Shown: piece after piece, positions 53,301-62,446 of the stretch
How the letters are laid out: each line of letters begins with the position of its first letter
How positions within the stretch are numbered: position 1 is the stretch's first letter
Assembly: GCA_031261605.1 (NCBI GenBank)
Contig: JAISJI010000055.1
Coordinates: 12,844-76,843, forward strand
Reading direction: 5' to 3'
From: Ignavibacteria bacterium
Lineage (GTDB): Bacteria > Bacteroidota > Ignavibacteria > Kapaibacteriales > UBA2268
DNA length: 64,000 nt
Program-made: the position numbers and the translations under genes
The notes under the pieces: model-generated
What the model saw: only the letters and a program-made list of their open reading frames with translations
Databases searched by the model: none
What the model was told of the DNA's origin: nothing

Positions 53301-54494
53301 AAAAAGAAGTTCTCGCCACCTATCCCGGAAAAAGATTTTAGAGCCGAAGCAAAAGAGCATTTAGAAAACACCTTAATTTCAATTAAAGCAAAAAATAAAG
53401 TAGCAACCATAAATACTAATAAAACTAAAACAAATACAAAAAATAATTTCAAAGAAACTAAACAACTCACCCCACGCGGACAACTGCATAACGAGACAAT
53501 ATATGGAAGTATTCAACAAAATATTGTGGTTTTCGAAAAAATTGGTAGTTCATTTGATGCAGATAAAATAAATAAAGTAACAAAACCTGCATATAAAGAG
53601 GCGTTATTAGAACGTCTACATAAGTTTAATGATGACCCAAAACTTGCTTTTACTGTGAAAAATAGTTTATCAAAAAATCCGATATACTTAAATGATTTGC
53701 AAACTAATAAGGTACCAGAAAAAGTAAAAATAGAAAAAATAGAAACAATTTATACTATTCGTAAAGATATTAAGCCAGATTTAAACGTAGAAAAAGTAGT
53801 CGATTCTAAAATCCGTAAGTTATTGGAAAAGCGTATCAAAGAATATAATAACGACCCTAAAAAAGCATTCGAAAATTTAGATGAAAATCCTATTTGGCTT
53901 AATGAGAAAAAATGCATATCTATCAAGCGTGTTACCATACGTGGCGTTAGTAATACTGAGCCACTGCATAGCAAAAAAGATAAAGATGGCAAATTATTAT
54001 TAGATGGAAGCGGACAAAATATACCTATTGATTTTGTTCAAACCGGTAACAATCATCACGTGGCTATGTACAAGGATCAAGATGGAGATCTGCAAGAAAA
54101 TGTGGTCTCTTTTTACGAGGCAGTTTTGCGTAAAAATGATAAATTGCCAATAATGGATAAGAATTTTAATAGCGAACTTGGTTGGCAGTTTATGTTTTCT
54201 ATGGAGCAGAACGAATATTTTATTTTTCCAAATGAACAAACAAGATTCAATCCCAATGAAATTGATTTATTAGAACCAAATAATTATCATCTAATTAGCC
54301 CAAATTTATATAGAGTGCAAAAACTTGCTACAAAAAATTATATGTTTAGACATCATTTAGAAACAGATGTTCAGGAAAGAAAAGAACTTAAAGGTATTTC
54401 ATATAAATTGATACAAAGTACAAAATACTTAGAAGACATTGTAAAGGTTCGTACGAATCACCTTGGACAAATTATATCTGTTGGAGAATACTAA
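50388..54494 (+). CDS. cas9: type II CRISPR-associated endonuclease Cas9 (1368 aa)
   Basis: RuvC-I MKKVLGLDLGTTSIGWAL; RuvC-II ISVELARELKMNAKER; HNH DRDHIIPQS...NKILEYKSVNIEKGN; RuvC-III HHAMDALTVAF; Arg-rich bridge helix GRRLKRGMRRNLQRYKLRR. Confidence 0.95.
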   Translation: MKKVLGLDLGTTSIGWALVNRAETKEERSNIIKLGVRVVPLSVDENLNYGKGKPITTNAGRRLKRGMRRNLQRYKLRRENLIEILKDNKFITDDTFLSEEGKDTTFETYTLRAKAVTDEIALDELARVLLMINKKRGYRSGRKVTNDEDGQSVDSMEVAKNLYQDNLTPGEFSLNLLKQGKKELPDYYRTDLKAEIDKIWEYQREYHSEILTDELKIQLEGKGQKAAAQLFFAKYGFNTADVKGSKEAQKLKKYELRVDALTKELDKEELALVISNICGEINSSSGYLAAISDRSKELEFNNQTVGQYFMEQLAKNSHFSVKNKIFYRQDYIDEFEKIWSTQSKFHTELTNELKSKIRDVIIFYQRRLKSQKGLISFCEFERREVEIEIDGKIKEKVVGSRVVPKSSPLFQEFKIWQILNNIQVTTHKQTGEYFELEQDQKEYLAQELSIRTKLSATEALKLLYPKEDKDYDLNYNILEGNKTQAELFDVYKKIIVESNRLSDHDFSKMNAKQTIEAVAEIFDDLGYSTDILEFDSSYEGDIRQQPMYKLWHILYSYEGDSGNEKLEKKLTDLYGFAQETAKRIANISFSLDYGNLSAKAIKKILPFLKSGSRYDESVEKGGYDRHSKSSLTKEEIDNKILKDKLKNLPKNYLRNPVVEKILNQMVNVVNAIIDTYGKPDEISVELARELKMNAKERENKTKAISKSNKNNEAIKKRLKDEFSISNVSHNDILRYKLYQELKDNAYKTLYSNQYIPQEKLFSKEIDRDHIIPQSRLFDDSFSNKILEYKSVNIEKGNETAYDYVLNKYGKEKIDDYLSKINKLYANKSISKTKYNKLKMKGIDIPDDFIERDIKDTQYIAKTAKNMLEEIVNVVISTSGEITSKLREDWGLVDIMKELNWDKYSKLGLTEVIENEEGHKISKIKDWNKRNDHRHHAMDALTVAFTTRSHIQHLNTLKSNSESDLIYKDKRNKKKFSPPIPEKDFRAEAKEHLENTLISIKAKNKVATINTNKTKTNTKNNFKETKQLTPRGQLHNETIYGSIQQNIVVFEKIGSSFDADKINKVTKPAYKEALLERLHKFNDDPKLAFTVKNSLSKNPIYLNDLQTNKVPEKVKIEKIETIYTIRKDIKPDLNVEKVVDSKIRKLLEKRIKEYNNDPKKAFENLDENPIWLNEKKCISIKRVTIRGVSNTEPLHSKKDKDGKLLLDGSGQNIPIDFVQTGNNHHVAMYKDQDGDLQENVVSFYEAVLRKNDKLPIMDKNFNSELGWQFMFSMEQNEYFIFPNEQTRFNPNEIDLLEPNNYHLISPNLYRVQKLATKNYMFRHHLETDVQERKELKGISYKLIQSTKYLEDIVKVRTNHLGQIISVGEY

Positions 54495-55394
54495 ATGCTC
54501 AAACAAACCCTCTACTTCGGCAACCCCGCTTATTTATCTGTGAAAAATAAACAACTCGTTGTTAAATTGATAGATAGCGATGAGATAATCACTCGCCCAA
54601 TCGAAGACATCGGTATCGTTATTTTAGATAATTGGCAAATCACTATAACCCAAAACGTTATCGCATCTCTCCTCGAAAATAACGCCGCTATTATACATTG
54701 CAATAATGCACATCTCCCTGTCGGTCTTGTCCTTAATTTAGATGGTAATACCTTGCAATCCCAACGCTTTAAGACACAAATAAATGCTTCCGAACCACTA
54801 AAAAAACAACTCTGGCAACAAATAATTAAAGCAAAAATAGAAAATCAATCGCTGCTCCTAAAAAGCCAAAATAAAGATATTAAACGACTCCAAGTTATGC
54901 TCCGCAATCTTAAAACAGGCGATACAGATAATTATGAAGCACAAGCGGCAGCGTATTATTGGAAAAATATTTTTAGCAACTATCTCCCTAATTTTAAGCG
55001 AGATAGAGAAGGTGACCAGCCGAATAATTTGCTAAATTATGGTTATGCAATTTTGCGTGCAGCAGTTGCACGAGCACTTGTTGGCTCTGGTTTATTGCCA
55101 ACTCTGGGCATTTTTCACCGCAACCAATATAACGCATATTGTTTAGCAGATGATATTATGGAACCATATCGTCCATTTGTGGATAGAGCCGTTTTTAATT
55201 ACTTAAAAGAAAATAAATATTGCGATTTCTTGGATACAGAAGCGAAAAAATATTTATTCCAAGTAATGCAAGACGATGTGATGTTTGGAAAAGAGCGAAG
55301 CCCTTTATTTGTTGGACTTACAACGACAACTGCTTCACTTGTAGCGTGCTTTGAAGGCAAAAAGCGAAAAATAAAATATCCAACAATCTGCTAA
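54495..55394 (+). CDS. cas1: CRISPR-associated endonuclease Cas1 (type II)
   Basis: 299 aa; NLLNYGYAILRAAVARALVGSGLLPTLGIFHRNQYNAYCLADDIMEPYRPFVD; start overlaps the cas9 stop (TAAATG). Confidence 0.95.
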   Translation: MLKQTLYFGNPAYLSVKNKQLVVKLIDSDEIITRPIEDIGIVILDNWQITITQNVIASLLENNAAIIHCNNAHLPVGLVLNLDGNTLQSQRFKTQINASEPLKKQLWQQIIKAKIENQSLLLKSQNKDIKRLQVMLRNLKTGDTDNYEAQAAAYYWKNIFSNYLPNFKRDREGDQPNNLLNYGYAILRAAVARALVGSGLLPTLGIFHRNQYNAYCLADDIMEPYRPFVDRAVFNYLKENKYCDFLDTEAKKYLFQVMQDDVMFGKERSPLFVGLTTTTASLVACFEGKKRKIKYPTIC

Positions 55395-55443
55395 ACTAAT
55401 TCATTAATTATAGTATATATCCGATAATTTTAGAATATTATCT

Positions 55444-55785
55444 ATGTATATTATGCAACGACTTAGTGAGTATAGAATTATGTGGGTTATGGTTTTATTT
55501 GACTTGCCGACAGAAACCAAAGTTGACCGCAAGCGATACACACAATTCCGCAAAGAATTACTGAAAGATGGATTTGATATGTTTCAGTTTTCTATTTATG
55601 TCCGACATTGTGCCAGCAGAGAAAATGCACAAGTCCATATAAAACGTGTCAAAGATAAAATGCCACAATTCGGACAAATCGGACTAATGACTATTACCGA
55701 CAAGCAATTCGGGCAGATAGAAATTTTCTGTAATCGCAAAGTTGTCGAACCATCTCACGTTCAGATGCAATTAGATATGTTTTGA
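55444..55785 (+). CDS. cas2: CRISPR-associated endoribonuclease Cas2
   Basis: About 100-113 aa; VLFDLPTETKVDRKRYTQFRKELLKDGFDMFQFSIYVRHC is a typical Cas2 core; exact start uncertain (several in-frame ATGs). Confidence 0.9.
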   Translation: MYIMQRLSEYRIMWVMVLFDLPTETKVDRKRYTQFRKELLKDGFDMFQFSIYVRHCASRENAQVHIKRVKDKMPQFGQIGLMTITDKQFGQIEIFCNRKVVEPSHVQMQLDMF

Positions 55786-55805
55786 GTGAATTGGAAAACT
55801 ATCCT

Positions 55806-55995
55806 TATTTCTTAATAAATTTCTCTACTTCATTACTCTTGCCATTTTTCAAACGAACAAAATACGTTCCAACAGTGAAATTGCTCATATCTATTGCGGT
55901 CTCAAGCATTCCATCTGTTGTTTGTTTAACTTCTGGAGACAATGAACCATACTCTCCTTGTTTAGACAACTTTGTAGATGTTTCCAGCGGTAAGC
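55806..55995 (-). pseudogene. orphan fragment encoding a T9SS-type C-terminal domain remnant (...GTYFVRLKNGKSNEVEKFIKK*)
   Basis: Minus-strand reading frame immediately downstream of cas2 preserves the GTYFVRL motif also seen in the T9SS CTD of the protein at 42021-42548; only about 38-62 codons with no upstream domain. Confidence 0.3.
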
Positions 55996-56018
55996 CATAA
56001 TTTTAAGTAAAAAATCAC

Positions 56019-58658
56019 CTAATACTTAATAACTGATTTTACTATACGCCGACCATTAACAACCATAGTTATATAATATACACCTGCAGGAAAATTATAC
56101 AAATCAAAAGATTGTGAAAAAATTCCGGCAACCGCTTTATTATCATAAACTTGCATTACTTCTCTGCCTAGTATATCATTAATTGTAATTGTTAAACTTG
56201 CATCAACTTGCAAATTCAGAACAATATTCGCTTTATCATTTATCGGATTCGGGTAGATTAATATGTTTTCATTGGAATAGTTATCTGCTTCAATAGCAGT
56301 AGGATATGGTGTTTTCAACCGAAAGACGCTAGCACCACTAGTGCTAACATAAATCATAGTTGAATCAAATGGGTCTTCTTGTATGCTAGCCACAGAATGA
56401 AATAGAAAGCCCGGAACTTCACACCAGTCGTCGGGCATTGTATTTGCTCCCTTGAAGGAAACAAGCACCTGACCGATGCCATTCCCAAGATACAAAACAT
56501 CAGCGTTACGACTATCCACGTGAATAGCATTTGTAGTTATAGTATCAGGATAAATCTCACGCCAAGCATTTCCGCCATCCGTAGATACATAAGCACCACT
56601 ATTGAAGTAATGTATATTTTCGCCCCATTCTCCAGCAGAATGCCGATATCCCGTTGTATAAATTGTATTATTATTGCTATTTGGAGCAACAGATATGCTA
56701 TTGAGCATCGTTACGCTATTGTTATTTGGATAGTTAGCCAATTTAATCCATTGTGTCGCATTTTTATCTAAATAGTAAGTGGAACTCTCTGCCGATGATT
56801 TTTCATTGGAAGAAAATAGGCAATATAAGCGGGAATAATCCGGAGACCACACAAATTTTGATGTATGATATCGTGTTTCATTCATTCCGTCATTAAATTT
56901 CGTGAAAGTTTGTCCGCCATCCGTAGATTTATATACACCATAGCCAAAGCAAGTGACATACACAACACGCTGAGCAGGATTTGTGGGACTATTCGGGTCA
57001 ATAGTTATAGAAGTGCAGATAGCGTGGTCGGGTAATCCGCTAACTCCATCGTTGTCTGTGTAAGATGTCTTATCAGAGTTAGGATTAATAGGAATCCAAT
57101 TCTTACCGCCATCAATGCTTCTTGCAACTCCACCAATATATGAGCCAGAATGATTTTCCACAAGATTGATAGCAGCTGCCACATCTTTGCTGTGCATATT
57201 GCTCCAAGCAGAAAGAATAAAGTCCCTATTATCTTTGTCAAATGCAATGTCATAACAAGTATTTAGCCAGCCAGAGGGAATACCATTTTTACTCCAATTC
57301 CAACTCTTGCCACCATCTTTTGACTCCATTAGAAATATATCCGTATAGCAAATGAATTGATGTAGCGAATCAAAAGGGTCTACATAATATCCATGATTAC
57401 AAGTGACCCATAATCCACGACTTGAATATGTATTAGTAGTAGAGTCATAATCATTAGAAATGGACTCCCAAGTGTCGCCTCCATCCCTAGTAATAAGGGC
57501 ATCACCCATATTTGTCATTATAGCAATATTCGGGTCCGAGAGCGATGCAGAAAGCCCAGAACTTGTGCCACTCCAACCAAATTCCCCTACCCAAACATCT
57601 ACATAATACGGATTATTAATGTTGGATAACGACCAGCCCTTCAATCCAATTTTCCAAGACGCTCCTCCATCGAATGTCCTTGCTACTCCCATATCCATTC
57701 CTCCTGTTTTGCTATCCAAAGTATCGCCGAAGCATACATAAATATCATTTAACGAACTAACAGCAAGTTGTTTAAATATTCGCTTCCCGTTTGAATTTGG
57801 CTCACCAGTATTCCAATGCAGCCAGCGTTCGGAAAATGTTGTTGTAATTGGCAACCAAGTAATTCCACCATCATTGGAACGACTAACTTGATTAGCAAAT
57901 TTATCTACACCAGTTGTTGCTGATTCTATAATGAAGAAGTAATTCTTATTCGTTTGCTTGTCATAGTATATTGCACCCGATTTATTTGCTCTTAACAATA
58001 TTGTATCTACCTTGCCGTTATCGCTAACTTTGAATACCCCTTTGGCAGATAATATATCTAATTTGCGAGAACCAACTGGCGATGTCGGGTCTATCTGAAA
58101 GCCAGCATAAGAATCACCAAGGTCAGGGAATAACTTATTCGCTAACGATGCGATAACTTTCCAATTCTCACCATTATCTGTTGATTTATAGATAGTTGGC
58201 TTAGGTTCCCACTGCGCATCATAGTAGCCCGACGTTACAAAATACATTGTATTGCTATCTGCCGGGTCCATTACCATACCAATAATCTTTCCCTCGTGAA
58301 CGGTCAGATTCGCAATATTACTCGTATCTTTTGGGAAAATTATCTTAAATGTCTCTCCACCATCGGTAGAAAGGGAAAGATAAGTATTCAACGCAAATAC
58401 TTTCTTTGCATTATGCGGTGAACAGTAGAACCTGCCTCTATTCTGAAACTTATGCAACTTAAAGTTTTTGCCACCATCTCTACTACTAAAAGCACTCGAC
58501 ATATCGCAAAATATAAAGATATTATCATTATTCAATGAATTGATTAGAGGAAAAAGCATCCGTCCGCCGCCGCCAGGACCAAGTGCCTCTTTGGAGAAAA
58601 GATTGTTTGTTGCTACTGTCATAGTAGCAAGAACGAATAGTAGTAATAGTTTTTTCAT
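56019..58658 (-). CDS. secreted BNR/Asp-box (sialidase-like / Sortilin-type) repeat protein with T9SS C-terminal sorting domain
   Basis: Signal peptide; at least 9 Asp-box repeats (STDGGETF, STDNGENW, SNDGGITW, TFDGGASW, TRDGGDTW, SKDGGKSW, SIDGGKNW, STDGGQTF, STDGGNAW); C-terminal YPNPINDKANIVLNL...GVYYITMVVNGRRIVKSVIKY. Confidence 0.8.
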   Translation of the reverse strand: MKKLLLLFVLATMTVATNNLFSKEALGPGGGGRMLFPLINSLNNDNIFIFCDMSSAFSSRDGGKNFKLHKFQNRGRFYCSPHNAKKVFALNTYLSLSTDGGETFKIIFPKDTSNIANLTVHEGKIIGMVMDPADSNTMYFVTSGYYDAQWEPKPTIYKSTDNGENWKVIASLANKLFPDLGDSYAGFQIDPTSPVGSRKLDILSAKGVFKVSDNGKVDTILLRANKSGAIYYDKQTNKNYFFIIESATTGVDKFANQVSRSNDGGITWLPITTTFSERWLHWNTGEPNSNGKRIFKQLAVSSLNDIYVCFGDTLDSKTGGMDMGVARTFDGGASWKIGLKGWSLSNINNPYYVDVWVGEFGWSGTSSGLSASLSDPNIAIMTNMGDALITRDGGDTWESISNDYDSTTNTYSSRGLWVTCNHGYYVDPFDSLHQFICYTDIFLMESKDGGKSWNWSKNGIPSGWLNTCYDIAFDKDNRDFILSAWSNMHSKDVAAAINLVENHSGSYIGGVARSIDGGKNWIPINPNSDKTSYTDNDGVSGLPDHAICTSITIDPNSPTNPAQRVVYVTCFGYGVYKSTDGGQTFTKFNDGMNETRYHTSKFVWSPDYSRLYCLFSSNEKSSAESSTYYLDKNATQWIKLANYPNNNSVTMLNSISVAPNSNNNTIYTTGYRHSAGEWGENIHYFNSGAYVSTDGGNAWREIYPDTITTNAIHVDSRNADVLYLGNGIGQVLVSFKGANTMPDDWCEVPGFLFHSVASIQEDPFDSTMIYVSTSGASVFRLKTPYPTAIEADNYSNENILIYPNPINDKANIVLNLQVDASLTITINDILGREVMQVYDNKAVAGIFSQSFDLYNFPAGVYYITMVVNGRRIVKSVIKY

Positions 58659-58848
58659 TCTTTTTTATAAATAATTTTATTAAATAAACATTTTTACTCT
58701 ACAAAAATAAGAATATTTATTTAATATATACTTGTATGTGTGCAAAGTTATTTATCTAAGTAGGCATAATGAGAAAGAGAAAAAAACTACATCAGCAATA
58801 AATAATGAATTATACAAAGAAACTTGCTAAATATTCGTATATTGCACA

Positions 58849-59742
58849 ATGTTTGAATATCTACTCTTTCCGATACTAACTTCACTTTTTTGGGCAATCT
58901 CGCCATACTTCTTCACTTTGGCAGAAAACGAAATCGGAGTCAACCAACTAAATGTGGATAGATTGCTTGTTGCCTCTATTATCATTGGCATCATACTGCT
59001 TTGCTTTCCCATCGATTTAAGCGTATCTACAGAGCAATTTAATTGGTTAGTGTTGAGCGGTATTTTAGGTCTGGTATTTAGCGATTTCTTTCTGTTCACA
59101 TCTTATGGAAAGATAGGACCACGCTATTCTATGCTGATAATGTGCATTGCTCCAGCATTTTCCATCCTCGGCGGACACATATTCTTTTCGGAATACCTTG
59201 GACTTATATCCATTATTGGTATTGGAGTTGCTATGCTTGGAATCGGATTTGTGGTGGGAACTAGGAGCGAAAGCAATATCAAAATAAAACTGCGCAATAT
59301 ACATCCTAAATTGTTAATTTATGCAGTGTTAGCGGCATTTGGACGTGCTGCTGGCTTGCTTGCAATTAAGCAAGCCATTTTACTCGGAGAAATTAGCAGC
59401 ATATTCACTTCATTCATCCGCGAAAGCACAGCCGCCGTAATAATGATTATAGTGCTATTAATAGTAAAAAAATATAAAAATCCTGTTAGTTTATATGCGA
59501 AGAACAAAACAGCACTCAAATGGGTTGTGTTAGGTGGATTTTTCGGACCTGTCCTTGGCGTTACGTGTAGCATTATCTCGCTACAACACGTTCCGGTATC
59601 CATAGCACAAACGATTTTTGCAACATCTCCAGTGTTTATGCTGCCTATTTCTCATTTTTTATTCCACGACAGTGTCTCTATAAAATCAATTATTGGTGTA
59701 ATCATAGTAACTATTGGTGTAGCAATGATTTACTGCTACTAA
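58849..59742 (+). CDS. EamA/DMT-family transporter
   Basis: 297 aa, about 10 TM helices in two internal repeats. Confidence 0.75.
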   Translation: MFEYLLFPILTSLFWAISPYFFTLAENEIGVNQLNVDRLLVASIIIGIILLCFPIDLSVSTEQFNWLVLSGILGLVFSDFFLFTSYGKIGPRYSMLIMCIAPAFSILGGHIFFSEYLGLISIIGIGVAMLGIGFVVGTRSESNIKIKLRNIHPKLLIYAVLAAFGRAAGLLAIKQAILLGEISSIFTSFIRESTAAVIMIIVLLIVKKYKNPVSLYAKNKTALKWVVLGGFFGPVLGVTCSIISLQHVPVSIAQTIFATSPVFMLPISHFLFHDSVSIKSIIGVIIVTIGVAMIYCY

Positions 59743-59760
59743 TATTTCTTTTGAATGGAA

Positions 59761-60890
59761 TTACACATCAAAAAATCCCAAGGCATCTAAATTACCAATA
59801 AATTTGCGGAGATAGTTATCTTCAATAAGGGGCAAATTGAAATCCAAATGCAGTAGCACATCCATAGTATAGCGATTTTCTGCAATTATATCTTTCACTA
59901 CATCACGAGAGACGAATTATAGGCGATGAGCGGCGACAAGTATTCGGCTTTATCACCACGCAAAGCTTCAGCAAATTCTCCCTTTGCGACGGCTTCAAGC
60001 ACAAGCCGTTCAGCAATAAACTTACTATGCACATACTTATTAGAAACATCTTGTCCGAAGTAGAGCATCTTTTCTGTAAGGCGAGTATCAGATGGAGGAT
60101 TACCGTTAATACTTGCTCCTCCAACGCTTGCCGTAGAAATCTGCAACCCTTATTTTTACAAAATGCAATGCCATTTTTCACTCCACCAATATTTATATCC
60201 TCAATGTCCGTTCCACGTGAGAAGTGCTTTACATTTGCTGCACTATTTATCATAGTATCTATTGGCAAATCAATAAATGCATCAAAGGCAGATGTAGAGG
60301 TCACATCGCCTTCTACTATCTGAATTCGCTTTCCAAATTCAGTTTCGAATGTATCGGAGAAGTAATAGCTAATTTCAGATAGGCAGTTGGCACCATATAT
60401 GCAGTAAGTGTTTTCGCCATTTGGTCGTGTATTTCGGATGGCATTACCTCTCTATCGGTGGTAAACCACACGCAAAGATGGTCTTGATTATTTAACTTGC
60501 GAACTTTTACAACGCCTTGCAGGACGCCCGTCACAGAGTTAAGAGCATTTTCTATTTCACCAAGTTCTATACGGAGTCCGCGGAGTTTAACTTGATTGTC
60601 GTTGCGTCCAAGGATAATAACTTCGCCCGCTTCCGTCCATTTTGCAATATCTCCTGTGCTACATAGATAATCGCCACCAGTGCGTGCAAAAAGTTCAGCA
60701 AGTGGAGCGGATTTTTTGCTTCATTGTCATTTGCCATTATAAGCAATAGACCATTGCAGTTGCATTGAGAGACAGTGTAAAGAGTCAATAGGAATAAAGC
60801 AGCCGCCGACTTTCAGAATTCCCCAAAGCGCCACAAACACACGACTATCGCGTGGTAAAATGAAGGAAATCTCATCTCCTTTAAATGAAA
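59761..60890 (-). pseudogene. decayed NRPS-like gene remnant (adenylation domain fragments + thioester-reductase domain), several frameshifts and internal deletions
   Basis: Minus-strand frames contain FKGDEISFILPRDSRVFVALWGILKVGGCFIPID (A3-like), then ARTGGDYLCSTGDIAKWTEAGEVIILGRNDNQVKLRGLRIELGEIE (A8-A10-like) only about 130 nt later. After frame shifts come reductase-like NSAANVKHFSRGTDIEDINIGGVKNGIAFC and NKYVHSKFIAERLV (YxxxK). Confidence 0.5.
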
Positions 60891-61009
60891 AAAAACGTCA
60901 TAAATATACTATTTTTGTACCAACAAATTTATAAGTTATTATATACAAATAAGTTGCATTATTTTTGTTGTTATAAAAGTATCAAATTAGCAACAAGAAC
61001 TATCGATTT

Positions 61010-61243
61010 ATGACTGACCAAACCATTCTACGTATAGCAACCTGCGATGCGATTAAGCATCTTGCTACCACCCACAACATCACCCAAACGGATGCCTGCC
61101 GTAAATTCTATAACACCGTAAGGAAGAAGCATATTCCTTGTGGTTTTAATCTTATCAATTTTTCACAATTTCATAGTTCGTTTCGCCGATACAAAAATAC
61201 GAATAAACAACTACTTTTCAACATAAAAACCGAACAAAATTAA
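61010..61243 (+). CDS. small hypothetical protein
   Basis: ORF only. Confidence 0.25.
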   Translation: MTDQTILRIATCDAIKHLATTHNITQTDACRKFYNTVRKKHIPCGFNLINFSQFHSSFRRYKNTNKQLLFNIKTEQN

Positions 61244-61529
61244 AAATTTTATCTTTATATTTTTTAATTAGTTACGGCTACTTCCTAAAAGAAGCCCTCT
61301 CCAAATCGGGCATAGTATATAGAGACATCATAATTTTTAACTTGTATGATAGACAAAATATTATCATTAGACGCATTGGACGAAGTCCGTATGGAAGAAT
61401 ATCTACACGATGTTCGTCTCCAGCGCACACTCAAACATTACGGCATAAACTACAAGCCCGTTAATTACAGACAATTTGGGATGCGTTTGAGGGACAAATA
61501 AATTAATAAGAAATAAAAAAGGAATATAA

Positions 61530-61724
61530 ATGAGTTGTAATTGTTCAAAACCAGCGGTGCTTGGTGACTACACAGTAAAAGCGGATGGCTGGAGTTCAAA
61601 GACCGCATACGAGCAGCAGAACATTTTTAAGCAGATGCAATATCAGCAGAAACTTGCGGCTATTGGAGCATTGAGCGGGGTGTTATTAATGGCGGCTGGA
61701 TTAAAAATAGCACATAAGATATAG
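61530..61724 (+). CDS. small hypothetical membrane protein (C-terminal TM helix)
   Basis: 64 aa; RBS-like AAAAGGAA upstream; hydrophobic segment AAIGALSGVLLMAAGL. Confidence 0.35.
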   Translation: MSCNCSKPAVLGDYTVKADGWSSKTAYEQQNIFKQMQYQQKLAAIGALSGVLLMAAGLKIAHKI

Positions 61725-62438
61725 ATGTTATCAGGATTTGGAGAATATTTTAATTGGGCAGTAGATAAAGTTTTAGGCGTATCGGATGACGAGTATTTTC
61801 AAGCGGTAGAGAATTGTTATTCTGCACTGTGCTGGAATAAATACGGTAGCGGTTGGGCTGGCTGTCCATACGAGAGTAATGATGTAGGGCGAGTAATCAC
61901 CGCTTACGTTTTTTATTTTACAACCCACCCTGAGCCAGACCACTGTAAATATTACTACGATGAATTTTCGGATAGAAGCGACCCATATCGCAAGCAATTA
62001 GTGAGTATTATAGCCCAGATGGCAAGCGTAGATAAGTCGTTATCACCTGCTTTTGTGAATGATGTTTTGAGTTATTTGTATTGGGGAGAGAAGCGAGGTA
62101 AGGTTGCCTACGGCATTCTCAAGCCCTTGCAGTGTCAGCGTTTCAAAGATGTTTATTGGTATAGAAACGGTATTTGGAAGGTAACTTTACAGATTACTGA
62201 AGCGGTCATCTCTTTTTTCAAAAAGGTATTAGATGCGGTGGGACATATAATAATTGCTACAGGGAACTTAGTAAATGGTGTTGCAAATGGTGCTGCTGAC
62301 CTACTAAATGTAACGGGCTCTGCGTTCAGTTATTTACCATATATTTTATGTTGTGGAGTAGCATTAGTGGCGGGATTTGAGGTTTATCATTACCGAAAGA
62401 ATGGAAAAATATATGTTCCACAGATGGATAATAAATAG
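61725..62438 (+). CDS. hypothetical protein (Cys/Tyr/Trp-rich, C-terminal TM helix)
   Basis: 237 aa, start abuts the previous stop (TAGATG); no recognisable family. Confidence 0.4.
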   Translation: MLSGFGEYFNWAVDKVLGVSDDEYFQAVENCYSALCWNKYGSGWAGCPYESNDVGRVITAYVFYFTTHPEPDHCKYYYDEFSDRSDPYRKQLVSIIAQMASVDKSLSPAFVNDVLSYLYWGEKRGKVAYGILKPLQCQRFKDVYWYRNGIWKVTLQITEAVISFFKKVLDAVGHIIIATGNLVNGVANGAADLLNVTGSAFSYLPYILCCGVALVAGFEVYHYRKNGKIYVPQMDNK

Positions 62439-62446
62439 GTAGGAAT

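Noticed and set aside
50388-55785. Classification as type II-A or II-B
   Set aside because: No csn2 (II-A) or cas4 (II-B) ORF is adjacent to cas1-cas2 on either side within the window; the layout fits II-C.
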